A stretch of 64,000 nt of DNA from an uncultured Chloroflexia bacterium (GCA_963724295.1 CAVRUC010000007.1:672001-736000), one strand, 5' to 3'. Shown: positions 38,599 to 48,203, counted from the first letter of the stretch. Notes: generated by a model from the letters alone, not told the origin. Numbers and translations: made by a program.

Positions 38599-40182
38599 GT
38601 GGTGCGAAGCGCGCAGTATGAGGGCTCGCGTCCACTTACACCAAGCGACTTCTCGTTCCACGGTTTTGGCGAGCTACGGCGTGATGAACTGCGCAAGATC
38701 ATGCGGCTTGGTATCCGCAGCAATTCGCCCGCTGTGTCGGTCGTCGACCGAGCCATCTTCATCCCCAATGGGCCTGAGTCAAGCGACAAATCCCAAAAAT
38801 TCGGTGGCGGCGTCATCACACCTGACGGGCAGCCCGTCGAAACCGCGCAGATACAGCGAAAAGGGGGCAAGCGCGTCGGTGGTCCGGTCGAAACGGTCAT
38901 CGTCACACCAGCGAGTGAGCTGGACGAGGACATCATCTACGTTGGCATGCTTTTCAACCACTTTGGCCGCGTCCTGCTGGAATCACTGGCGCGCGTCTGG
39001 TATCTCAACGAAGTCGAACCGTCGGTCAAGGTTGTGTTCAATAACGCCAACTCCGCCCAAGCGGGCCACGCCTCGTGGGTGCCAAAGCTCCTGACGGCGT
39101 TCGGCATCCCGCCAGAGCGGATACTCTCTCTCCATGAACCGACCAGGTTACGACGCGCGGTCGTTCCCGAGCCATTGTTCAAACAGTTCTACTCGGCGCA
39201 CGTCGACATGGCTCGCCCGTTCCGGGAGGTGGCCGAGCGTCTAGCCGCCGATGTATCGCTGTCGGAGCAACCGCTGTACCTCAGTCGTCGCCGTCTTACC
39301 AGCCGGCAACGGCCAATTGTCGGAGAGGCCGAGCTCGAAGAGCTGCTGCGGGAAAACGGATTCGCAATCGCCTATCCGGAGACACTGTCGATTGAGGACC
39401 AGATTCGCCTGATCAACAGTCACGCGACTATTTTCTCGAGCTTGGGGAGCGCCGCCCACAGCATTCTCTTTGCCTGCCACAATCCTAGACTGCACCTTTT
39501 GGCGAGCCAGGACGCCATTCCCTCAAATTTCTATCTCTGCTCGATGCTCGCTGACGCCCCGACGACGTTTGTCAACTGCTTGGGATCAGGCGGGCGCGTA
39601 AGTCCAAACGACGAGCGACTCAACCGGCGCGCCGCATCGGCCAAGAACTCGGAGGAGAAACACTCCGGGGATTCGAAAGCAGGACAGCAGTCCGTGCCGC
39701 AGCTCGTCGAGATGGATCGAATGATCGACTACCTCGAGCAGAATGGCTTCCTGAAAAAACACTCGCCAACTCCGACGGTTGGCCGGACCTCGGCCGTCGA
39801 TTTGCGACGACGGTACGACGAGGCGTGGGTTTACGCGCGGCTTCGAAAAACTTCCTCGAAGCCCGGTTCGCTGCCGGCTGAACTTGCGAGCGAGGCAGCC
39901 ACGCTGGCAGCGAAGTCTTGGCCGGTGTGTTTCATGCTGGCGCTCTATCACGCCCGCGCCAGAGACCGAGCCCGCGCGACTGCCCTGGCAACTCAGTTCG
40001 TGGCGCTCGTGGACGCTGAAACTGACGAAAGTCGACTGGCCTACTATCGTGGAGATGTCCTTGGGATGGCGAACCGCATCGCCCGCATGTGCGACCGGGA
40101 GACGGCCAAACGACTTAAGAGAATCCTCACCGGCCGCTTCCCAGGGGAAACGCCCGACGGAGACGAGGACGACCTTGATTGA
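38599..40182 (+). CDS. GT61 (DUF563)-family glycosyltransferase; start uncertain
   Basis: HFGRVLLESLARVW, LYLSRR, E.ELEELL...GF.I.YPETLSIEDQI and GSAAHSILF. Confidence 0.75.
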   Translation: MVRSAQYEGSRPLTPSDFSFHGFGELRRDELRKIMRLGIRSNSPAVSVVDRAIFIPNGPESSDKSQKFGGGVITPDGQPVETAQIQRKGGKRVGGPVETVIVTPASELDEDIIYVGMLFNHFGRVLLESLARVWYLNEVEPSVKVVFNNANSAQAGHASWVPKLLTAFGIPPERILSLHEPTRLRRAVVPEPLFKQFYSAHVDMARPFREVAERLAADVSLSEQPLYLSRRRLTSRQRPIVGEAELEELLRENGFAIAYPETLSIEDQIRLINSHATIFSSLGSAAHSILFACHNPRLHLLASQDAIPSNFYLCSMLADAPTTFVNCLGSGGRVSPNDERLNRRAASAKNSEEKHSGDSKAGQQSVPQLVEMDRMIDYLEQNGFLKKHSPTPTVGRTSAVDLRRRYDEAWVYARLRKTSSKPGSLPAELASEAATLAAKSWPVCFMLALYHARARDRARATALATQFVALVDAETDESRLAYYRGDVLGMANRIARMCDRETAKRLKRILTGRFPGETPDGDEDDLD

Positions 40183-40339
40183 TCCGTGAGAGAGCTGGTC
40201 TAGACGGTCGTTTTCTTCCAATGCAGAGGCGAATTGCACCGCCCGGCCCGCACTTTGCTACAGTGCGGCGAGGATCACAGGTTTCTCATTGGGCCCTGCA
40301 GGCGCCCAACGTTTGACATCGTAGCGCCTGGAGAAGAGT

Positions 40340-41314
40340 GTGGACATCGTATTGCCCGTCGCAGGGTTCGGCACGCGCCTGCGCCCGCAGACCTGGACGA
40401 AACCCAAGCCACTGGTCAGCGTGGCCGGCAAGCCAATGCTAGAGCACGTGCTGGACCGGGTGCTCCCGCTGGATCCCGCCAAGGTGGTATTCATCACGGG
40501 GTTCCTTGGCGAGCAGATCGAGTCATGGGCCCGTGACAACCTCGACGTTCCCGTCGCGTTCGTGGAGCAGCCGGAGATGCGGGGCCAGACCGACGCCATC
40601 CTGCGCACCCGAGACCTGGTCAGTGGAGACGCGCTGATCCTCTTTCCAGACATGCTTTTCGAGGCCGATTTTTCGCCGCTACGAGACGTCGCGGCCGACG
40701 TCGTGATGTTCACGAAGGAGGTGGAGGACCCGTCCGCTCTGGGCATCGCCGTCGTCGAGAATGGCCGCATCGTCCGCCTGGTCGAGAAACCGCGGGAACC
40801 GATCTCCAACCTGGCCGTGATCGGGATCTACTACGTGCGGCACATGCCGGACCTCTACGCGGCGATCGAGGAGCAGATGCGGCGCGGTCTTTCGCTCAAG
40901 AACGAGTACTTCATCGCCGACGCGATCCAGCTGATGATCGGCGCCGGCGCCGAGGTGATTCCACTGCCGGTCACGGAGTGGGAGGACTGCGGCAACGCGG
41001 AGACCCTGCTTGGCACCAATCGCTTTCTGCTGCAACGACAAAACCAGGAAGTGGCCGCCCGGAGCGGGTCGGTGATCGTCCCACCGTCGTTCGTCGCCGA
41101 CGATGCTGTCATCGAGCACTCCATAGTCGGGCCATTTGCCAGCATCGGTCCTGGCGTCACGGTTCGCGAGAGCATCGTCCGTGACTGCATCATCGAAGAA
41201 CGCGCCACAATCAGCGACGCCCTCCTCGAAGGCTCGATTGTTGGACGCCGGGCCAGCATCAGCGGATTGGCTCGCGGCCTGAACGTCGGTGATGATGCGG
41301 TCGTGGGGGCATGA
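40340..41314 (+). CDS. Sugar-1-phosphate nucleotidyltransferase (long RmlA-like form with a beta-helix tail)
   Basis: PVAGFGTRLRP.T..KPKPL, VEKP, EYFIADA, WEDCG and C-terminal hexapeptide repeats. Confidence 0.85.
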   Translation: MDIVLPVAGFGTRLRPQTWTKPKPLVSVAGKPMLEHVLDRVLPLDPAKVVFITGFLGEQIESWARDNLDVPVAFVEQPEMRGQTDAILRTRDLVSGDALILFPDMLFEADFSPLRDVAADVVMFTKEVEDPSALGIAVVENGRIVRLVEKPREPISNLAVIGIYYVRHMPDLYAAIEEQMRRGLSLKNEYFIADAIQLMIGAGAEVIPLPVTEWEDCGNAETLLGTNRFLLQRQNQEVAARSGSVIVPPSFVADDAVIEHSIVGPFASIGPGVTVRESIVRDCIIEERATISDALLEGSIVGRRASISGLARGLNVGDDAVVGA

Positions 41315-42243
41315 GCGCGGAAGCGCCCGCTGGTCGCTGGTTGGAGCTAGCCGTAACCTGCGACAGCGAAGCGGTCGAGCCCGTGTCCGAGCTTCTTGCC
41401 TCCCACGGTTTCAATCAGGGTGTCGCCATCGAGGAGGCCTTCACCCAGGACCTGGACGGTGACAATTTTGCCGTCGATCCTACCCGGCCGGTCGTCGTCC
41501 GAACGTTCCTCAACGCGGCCGACGTCGCGCCGGAGATGATCGAGGAAATTCGACGAGCGCTCTGGCACCTCGGCCGGCTCCGCTCGATCAGCGATCTGCG
41601 CGTCACGGAACGGCAGGAAGAAGACTGGGCCAACGCCTGGAAAGCCCACTACAGCGTCCATCGCGTCGGACGCCGCGTGCTGGTAAAGGCGCCCTGGCAT
41701 GAATACCAGCCGGCTCTTGACGAGATCGTCGTCGAGCTCGATCCCGGCATGGCGTTCGGTACAGGTCTCCATCCGTCGACGCAGCTGGCCATGATCGGGG
41801 TCGAAGACGAGATCGAGCCAGGAGACCGGGTCCTGGACGTCGGCACCGGCTCCGGCGTGCTGGCCACCGCGGCTGCCCTGCTCGGTGCGAGCGCGGTCGA
41901 TGGCGTCGACATCGAACCGGTCGCCGTCCGCTCCGCACGAGAGAACGCGGATCGCAACGGCGTCGGAAGCGTAGTCCGCATCGAGCAGGGCAGCGTGGGC
42001 GAAGGGCAGCCGTTTCAAGGGGAATACGACCTGGTAGTCGCCAATATCATCGCCCGCGTCCTGATCGAGCTGGCGTCCAGCCTCGCCAGGGTAGTCCGCC
42101 CGGGAGGAACGCTGATCCTCGGCGGCATCATCGATAGCAAGGAGGCCGCGGTTCACGACGCGTTCAACGACGTCGGTCTCTCGCTCATACGGCGCGAAAC
42201 GTGTGAGGACTGGGTTTCACTGGTGTTGCGTAGACCCGCGTAG
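41311..42243 (+). CDS. prmA: Ribosomal protein L11 methyltransferase
   Basis: EEDWANAWK, LDPGMAFGTGLHPST, LDVGTGSGVL and VANIIA. Confidence 0.93.
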   Translation: MSAEAPAGRWLELAVTCDSEAVEPVSELLASHGFNQGVAIEEAFTQDLDGDNFAVDPTRPVVVRTFLNAADVAPEMIEEIRRALWHLGRLRSISDLRVTERQEEDWANAWKAHYSVHRVGRRVLVKAPWHEYQPALDEIVVELDPGMAFGTGLHPSTQLAMIGVEDEIEPGDRVLDVGTGSGVLATAAALLGASAVDGVDIEPVAVRSARENADRNGVGSVVRIEQGSVGEGQPFQGEYDLVVANIIARVLIELASSLARVVRPGGTLILGGIIDSKEAAVHDAFNDVGLSLIRRETCEDWVSLVLRRPA

Positions 42244-42307
42244 GAACCGAGCCTCACAAGATCGGCCCCTATACTGCCGGAATGATCGCGTCCGACCCCG
42301 AGGCCCT

Positions 42308-42811
42308 ATGTCCGAGACGTTTGAAAGTCAGGTGAATCGGCTGGGCGGGTCCGCCTTGCCCGAGACCCCGCATGAGCTGCCATTCGACCGCGGGGTCATT
42401 GACGCGCTTGTCGATCGGGTTCGCGCCGGAGAGCGCGTGAACCTGCTCGAGTCCGTACTCGATGCGCTCGATTGGTCGTCATTCGTGACGATCGAGGGCG
42501 AGCCGCTCGACCCCGTCGCTCGTGACGAGCTGCGTCACTATTATCGCCAGAAGTGGGTAGACGTCGGACCGCTCTACCTGGCCGAGCTGCTCTCTACCGA
42601 GTTCATGACCGAGCAGCGCGCCCGCGGCGATGTCCAATTTTCGGAACGGCTCATGCAGCTTGGCCAGACCGAGCCCGACCTCTGGCACGAAATTCGCCAG
42701 TTCTTCCGGCGCAAGGAAATGGTTACCGCTTTGCTGGCGGCAGCCCACGAGCCATCTGTCAAGGCGAACGCGGCGTCCGACGAGGATGACGAGGAGGATC
42801 TGTGGGAATGA
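42308..42811 (+). CDS. Hypothetical protein with an acidic C-terminus
   Basis: Coding-like codon pattern. ATGA overlap with ugd. No family recognised. Confidence 0.6.
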   Translation: MSETFESQVNRLGGSALPETPHELPFDRGVIDALVDRVRAGERVNLLESVLDALDWSSFVTIEGEPLDPVARDELRHYYRQKWVDVGPLYLAELLSTEFMTEQRARGDVQFSERLMQLGQTEPDLWHEIRQFFRRKEMVTALLAAAHEPSVKANAASDEDDEEDLWE

Positions 42812-44166
42812 AGCCGATCTGTGTGGTCGGTGGCGGCGGATATGTCGGTCTTGGCTACGCGGTCGCCCTTGCCGAGCTCGGGCATCAGGTCGTCGGGTTA
42901 GATATCGACGCGACCCGTGTCGAGCGCCTCAATCGTGGCGACAGCCCGATCTACGAGATGGGTCTTCCGGAGATGCTCCGTCGCAATCTCGATGAAGGAC
43001 GTCTCCGCTTCACGACCGACTATGCTGACGGCGTACCCGGCAGCCGCATGGTCTTTCTCTGCACCGGGACGCCTTCACTTTCCGACGGCGAGGCCGATCT
43101 GCGTCAAGTACGGGCCGCGGCGGCGTCGATTGGAGCGCATCTCCAGCCGGCAACCTCGACCATCATTGTCAACAAGAGCACCATGCCGGTCGGTACCGCG
43201 GAACTGGTCGCCGGCATCGTGGCCGAGCACGCGCCGCGAGATGCCGCATTTGCGGTGATAAGCAATCCCGAGTTTCTGCGCGAAGGCCGGGTGCTGCACG
43301 ACATCCTTCACCCCGACCGCGTCGTGCTCGGAGGTGACGATGTCGACGCGCTGGCAGAAGTCGCCGCGCTCTACGAACCACTCGGCGCTCCCATCCTGCA
43401 GACCGATCACCGCTCGGCAGAGTTGATCAAATACGCGGCGAACGCGTTCCTGGCGACCAAGATCTCGTTTATCAACGACATTGCTCGCCTCTGCGAGCGA
43501 TTGGGCGCCGATGTCACGGTGGTGGCCGCGGGGATCGGTGCCGATGAGCGGATTGGGCCGCGTTTTCTTCATGCCGGGATCGGTTTCGGCGGCTCATGCT
43601 TCCCCAAGGATGTCGGGGCGTTGACCCGCATGGCCGAGGGGGCCGGGCTTCACCCCGGGCTGCTCCGGTCGGTCCTGGAGATCAATCGCGAGGCCCAGCG
43701 CCGGTTCGTCACCCGCGCCGATGAGCTGCTCGGAGGCCTCGATGGCCGGGAGATAGCCGTCTGGGGTTTGTCGTTCAAGGAAGGCACGGACGACCTGCGG
43801 GACTCGCCGGCCGTTCAGGTTGTCGAGATGCTGGTGGAACGGGGAGCCGCGGTGCGTGCCCACGATCCAGCGGCGCTTGCCAATGCGGCGGCCCGGCTGC
43901 CAGGCATTGTGCTCTGCGATGATCTCTATGAAGCCGCGGTGGGCGCCGACGCGGTCGCGCTCTGCACTCCCTGGCCCGAGTACGCCTCGGTCGACTTCAA
44001 CCGGCTGAAGCGAGTCATGCGCGGTGATCTGGTACTCGACGGCAGAAATATGCTTGATTCGGTCCGGGTCGAAGCGGCGGGACTTCGCTATGTCGGGATC
44101 GGACGTGGCAACCGTCACACGGCCGCTGCGGACGCCGCTCATGGGGTGCCCGTTCCGGCGTCGTAG
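42808..44166 (+). CDS. ugd: UDP-glucose/GDP-mannose 6-dehydrogenase
   Basis: GGGYVGL, NKSTMPVGT, SNPEFLREG, KYAANAFLATKISF, GFGGSCFPKD and GLSFK..TDDLRDSP. Confidence 0.9.
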   Translation: MKPICVVGGGGYVGLGYAVALAELGHQVVGLDIDATRVERLNRGDSPIYEMGLPEMLRRNLDEGRLRFTTDYADGVPGSRMVFLCTGTPSLSDGEADLRQVRAAAASIGAHLQPATSTIIVNKSTMPVGTAELVAGIVAEHAPRDAAFAVISNPEFLREGRVLHDILHPDRVVLGGDDVDALAEVAALYEPLGAPILQTDHRSAELIKYAANAFLATKISFINDIARLCERLGADVTVVAAGIGADERIGPRFLHAGIGFGGSCFPKDVGALTRMAEGAGLHPGLLRSVLEINREAQRRFVTRADELLGGLDGREIAVWGLSFKEGTDDLRDSPAVQVVEMLVERGAAVRAHDPAALANAAARLPGIVLCDDLYEAAVGADAVALCTPWPEYASVDFNRLKRVMRGDLVLDGRNMLDSVRVEAAGLRYVGIGRGNRHTAAADAAHGVPVPAS

Positions 44167-44202
44167 GCGCAATCGCGCGCCATGCGCCGCCATTCATCCC
44201 GA

Positions 44203-44967
44203 CTACGCGGCGGCGGCCCCTTGGCGAGTTTCGGCCCCTTCCAGCGCAAGTGCCGCGACATTGGCCATCGCCTGCGCGAGATCGAGCTCTCCCTCGTCGA
44301 GGCGGAACGGCTCTCCGTTCCTGTCGGCCACGATCGCCCCAGCGAATCGGTCTCCAATCCGGATCGGCGCAATAAGCAGCGAGTTGACGTTGATCGTCTC
44401 CGTCCCGGAACCCGCCCGTGCGCTGAGGTCTTCGACTACCGCTTTGGGCGGGCGCGACACATCGCGCGCCAGTGGCGAGTCTTCGACCGGAACTTCGTCC
44501 GGCAAATTGGTCAACGGCGGGCCGTACGTGCCAACCCGAGTGGTTCTTCCGCTCGAGTCGTCGATGACCCGGATGGCAACTCGCCGCATGCCGAGCGCAC
44601 CGGCCAGCCGCTCCGCGAGGAGACCAAAGAACTCTTCCTGAGGCGTCCTGGCAGCCGCGGCGTAGATCGTTTCGGATAGTGATGCCAGCCGGCTCGCGAG
44701 CTCGACGCGCTCGGCGGAGGCGAGATCGAGCAGAGCTGGCGTCGCCTCCGGATTCGGTTCCCGCCGCCGGTATTTGCGGGGGGCGCGTTCCCGCATAGGC
44801 CGCCAGTCACGCAGGTCTTCCGACGTGATCAGCGCCATTCGCCCCAGGCGCGTGGCCGGCAGCTTGCCACGTCGCACGGCACGCGACACCGTGTGATAGG
44901 AGACTCCTTTGAGCCGTGCTGCCTCGGCCATCGTGTATACGTCGCCGGTGCCAGTCACTTCATTCAC
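44203..44967 (-). CDS. Excisionase-type HTH (HTH_17) plus GAF-domain regulator
   Basis: YTMAEAARLKGVSYHTVSRAVRRGKLPA, with a GAF-like end SLLIAPIRIGDRFAGAI...F...ELDLAQAMANVAALAL. Confidence 0.75.
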   Translation of the reverse strand: MNEVTGTGDVYTMAEAARLKGVSYHTVSRAVRRGKLPATRLGRMALITSEDLRDWRPMRERAPRKYRRREPNPEATPALLDLASAERVELASRLASLSETIYAAAARTPQEEFFGLLAERLAGALGMRRVAIRVIDDSSGRTTRVGTYGPPLTNLPDEVPVEDSPLARDVSRPPKAVVEDLSARAGSGTETINVNSLLIAPIRIGDRFAGAIVADRNGEPFRLDEGELDLAQAMANVAALALEGAETRQGAAAA

Positions 44968-45325
44968 CCGAGACTCCTTTTCTGAGGTTGCTTGCCGCCT
45001 GAGCCTAGCTCTCGAAAACCTGTGGGGTGCGCCCGGAAATGGAGACTACGTTGCATGGCGCAAACACATGGTACACCTGCTAGCTGAATTCCACACTTCC
45101 GAGTCATCGTGTGCTTGCTTCATGAAAGACCGAAATCGCGGAATGGTGTTGGCCATTCGGACTGGGACGGTCTTTTGACCGTTGCATCGTCATCGCGAGC
45201 CCCAAAATCCTTGCCTCTCTTCGGCAGTCAGCTCCCTGCGGGCGACTGCTATTGCGGTTTGACCGCAATTCGCGTGCCGACTAGGATGCGCCCGGTCGTG
45301 CCTGTCGCGGTGTCGAGGAGGCAAG

Positions 45326-46123
45326 ATGCCGAAATTTGCGGCAAACCTGTCAATGCTCTTCACGGAACATCCATTTCTGGAACGCTTTGCACGCGCCAAG
45401 GCGGCCGGTTTTCAGGCTGTCGAGTTCTTGTTCCCTTACGAGTACGAAAGTAATGCCATCTCCCGCGAGCTGCGGCGCAACGAGCTGGAGCAAGTGCTGT
45501 TCAATCTTCCCGCGGGGGATTTCACGGCCGGCGATCGCGGCATGGCTAACGATCCCGACCGGGTCGAGGAATTCCGCGCCGGAGTCGAAGAGGGATTACG
45601 CATTGCGGCGGAGCTCGGCTGTGGCCGGCTGAACTGCCTGGCGGGGCTGCGCCTGGCCGACGTGCCGGAGGAGACGCAGACGGAGACCCTCATCGAGAAC
45701 CTGCGCTATGCGGCCGACGCCGCCGCAAGGGTCGGGGTCCTGCAGGTCATCGAGCCGCTCAACGCGTTCGACGCTCCCGGCTACTTTGTGCCGACACCGG
45801 AGTTGGGGTTTGCCATCGTCGAACGAGCCAGGCATCCCAATCTCTTGCTGCAATACGACGTTTACCACGCGCAGCGCATGAGCGGGAATCTGGCGGCCAC
45901 GATCGCCGCCCGGATTGACCTGATCGGTCACGTGCAGATCGCCGACAGTCCCGCCCGCAACGAGCCCGGGACGGGGGAGATCAACTATCCCTTTGTGCTG
46001 CAAGCGCTGGACGATGCCGGATACGATGGCTGGGTGAGTCTCGAATACCGGCCGCGGCAGACCACCGAGTCGTCCCTGAAGTGGTTGACTGACATGGGGT
46101 ACTGGGCACCAGAACACGGATAA
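45326..46123 (+). CDS. hyi: Hydroxypyruvate isomerase
   Basis: MPKFAANLSMLFTE, GFQAVEFLFPY, IEPLN, YDVYHAQ and HVQIADSP.RNEPGTGEINY. Confidence 0.93.
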   Translation: MPKFAANLSMLFTEHPFLERFARAKAAGFQAVEFLFPYEYESNAISRELRRNELEQVLFNLPAGDFTAGDRGMANDPDRVEEFRAGVEEGLRIAAELGCGRLNCLAGLRLADVPEETQTETLIENLRYAADAAARVGVLQVIEPLNAFDAPGYFVPTPELGFAIVERARHPNLLLQYDVYHAQRMSGNLAATIAARIDLIGHVQIADSPARNEPGTGEINYPFVLQALDDAGYDGWVSLEYRPRQTTESSLKWLTDMGYWAPEHG

Positions 46124-46136
46124 CGGGAGAGCTTGC

Positions 46137-47051
46137 ATGGCGGATTTCGAAGGCGCACCGATCGGGTTCATCGGGCTTGGCATCATGGGTAAGCCTATGG
46201 CCAGAAATCTGGCCAAGGCGGGGTACGATCTGGTCGTCTACAACCGCAGCCGGGACGACGTCGACGCACTGCTCGCCGAGGGCGACAAGTTCCAGGCGGC
46301 GGGAAACCCGCGCGAAGTGGCGGAGCGAACCAGAGCGGTCATCACCATGCTTCCCGATTCACCCGATGTCCGCGACGTCGTCTTTGGCGAGAACGGCGTC
46401 CTGTCAGCCGTCGACACGGGGCATTTGCTCGTCGACATGAGCACGATCGCCCCCGCGACTTCGGTCGAGGTCGATGCCGCGCTGCGGGAGCGCGGCGCGC
46501 GTGCGCTCGACGCTCCCGTAAGCGGCGGTGACAAGGGCGCCATCGCCGGCACGCTCAGCATCATGGTCGGCGGCGACGCCGAAGACTTCCAACGGGCGAT
46601 GCCTCTCTTCGAGGCGATGGGCAAGACCATCGTCCATGTCGGCGGGGCGGGTGCCGGTCAAATCGTGAAGGCCTGCAACCAGGTCGTCGTCGCCATCAAT
46701 TACGCGGCCGTCAGCGAGGCGCTGGTGCTTGGCGCGAAGGCCGGCGTCGATCCGGACAAGATCGTGCAGGTCCTCTCCGGCGGACTGGCCGCCAGCCGGG
46801 TGCTCGAGCTGAAGGGTCCGTCCATGGTTGCTCATCAATTCGAACCCGGATTCCGTGTCGATCTGCACCGCAAGGATCTCGGCATAGCGCGTTCCACCGC
46901 TGTTGAGAACTCGGCTCCTCTTCCGGTGACCGCCGTCGTCAGCCAGCTCTTCGAAGCGGCCGCGGCGGCCGGCAATGGCGACCGTGATCACAGCGCGCTG
47001 GTGACGGTCTACGAGGAGCTTGCTCGGTTCACGATCGGCGACGTGGGTTAG
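46137..47051 (+). CDS. 2-hydroxy-3-oxopropionate (tartronate semialdehyde) reductase family, GlxR/GarR-like
   Basis: IGFIGLGIMGKPMA, MLPDSPDV, LDAPVSGG, VKACNQ and FEPGFRVDLHRKDL. Follows hyi. Confidence 0.85.
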   Translation: MADFEGAPIGFIGLGIMGKPMARNLAKAGYDLVVYNRSRDDVDALLAEGDKFQAAGNPREVAERTRAVITMLPDSPDVRDVVFGENGVLSAVDTGHLLVDMSTIAPATSVEVDAALRERGARALDAPVSGGDKGAIAGTLSIMVGGDAEDFQRAMPLFEAMGKTIVHVGGAGAGQIVKACNQVVVAINYAAVSEALVLGAKAGVDPDKIVQVLSGGLAASRVLELKGPSMVAHQFEPGFRVDLHRKDLGIARSTAVENSAPLPVTAVVSQLFEAAAAAGNGDRDHSALVTVYEELARFTIGDVG

Positions 47052-47064
47052 CGTGGAGACTTCG

Positions 47065-48162
47065 ATGACCACTCTCAGCGCCCAACGGCCGGGCGCACCG
47101 CTCATGGACAACGCCTCGCGCGCCTACGATGCGCTCCTCGTGCTCTCGTTCGGAGGCCCGGAGGGCATGGACGACGTCATGCCATTTCTGGAAAACGTCA
47201 CCCGCGGTCGCAATATTCCGCGGGAACGGCTCGAGGAAGTCGCCGCGCACTACGCCCATTTTGGCGGCATCAGTCCGATCAACGCCCAGAACCGGGCGTT
47301 GATTGCCGCGCTCGAACGGGAGCTGGCCGAACACGGCATCGACCTGCCGATCTACTTCGGGAACCGCAACTGGCATCCCTTGTTGCAAGACACCATCGAG
47401 GTGATGCGAGCTGAAGGAGTGAAAAACTCACTCCTCTTCGTCACATCGGCGTACAGCTCGTATTCCAGCTGCCGGCAATACCGCGAGGATGTCATGCGAG
47501 CCCTGGACGCCATCGGCGAGCAGGATATGCGCTTTGACAAGATCCGCGTGTTCTACAACCACCCGGGATTCGTGGAACCGATGGCGCGGCGAGTCCGCGA
47601 GGCTCTCGAGTCACTGCCGCAAGATCGGCGGGACGCGGCCGAGGTCGTCTTTACCGCGCATAGCATCCCGGTCTCGATGGCCAGGACCAGCGCCTACGAG
47701 CGTCAGCTGCGCGAGGTCAGCCGGCTCGTGGCCGGACTCGCCGGCGCCGCGCGCTACCGGCTGGCATGGCAGAGCCGCAGCGGACCACCGCACGTCCCGT
47801 GGCTCGAGCCCGATGTTCTCGACGAGCTGGATCGCTTGCATGCGTCGGGCGCGGAAGACGTCATCGTGGTCCCGATCGGGTTCATCTCTGACCATCTCGA
47901 AGTGCTCTTCGATCTCGACGTCGAGGCGCAAGACCGAGCCCACGAGCTCGGCATGAACATGGTTCGCGTCCCTACGGTCGGAACCGACCCGGTCTTCGTC
48001 GCCATGATCCGGGAGTTGATCGAGGAGCGCCTTCGAGAAAATCCGGAGCGGCGCTTCCTCGGCGAGCTCGGCGCCAGTCACGATCTCTGCGCCCTTAATT
48101 GCTGCCAGCTCGGCGAGCGCCGGCCCGTCCCTCGGGCCGCGCCGGAGCGGGCCACCGCCTGA
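47065..48162 (+). CDS. hemH: Ferrochelatase (actinobacterial-like, with C-terminal Cys motif)
   Basis: SFGGPE, HY..FGG.SPIN, FTAHSIP, WQSRSGPP.VPWLEPD, GFISDHLEV..DLD.E and a C-terminal CALNCC. Confidence 0.9.
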   Translation: MTTLSAQRPGAPLMDNASRAYDALLVLSFGGPEGMDDVMPFLENVTRGRNIPRERLEEVAAHYAHFGGISPINAQNRALIAALERELAEHGIDLPIYFGNRNWHPLLQDTIEVMRAEGVKNSLLFVTSAYSSYSSCRQYREDVMRALDAIGEQDMRFDKIRVFYNHPGFVEPMARRVREALESLPQDRRDAAEVVFTAHSIPVSMARTSAYERQLREVSRLVAGLAGAARYRLAWQSRSGPPHVPWLEPDVLDELDRLHASGAEDVIVVPIGFISDHLEVLFDLDVEAQDRAHELGMNMVRVPTVGTDPVFVAMIRELIEERLRENPERRFLGELGASHDLCALNCCQLGERRPVPRAAPERATA

Positions 48163-48203
48163 ACGGAATCTCGCCGCTTCATCGTTCGTTTGGAAAGGGC
48201 CGT

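Noticed and set aside
44203..44967. Prophage or ICE excisionase
   Set aside because: It is fused to a GAF domain, with no integrase, att-like tRNA or phage genes nearby.
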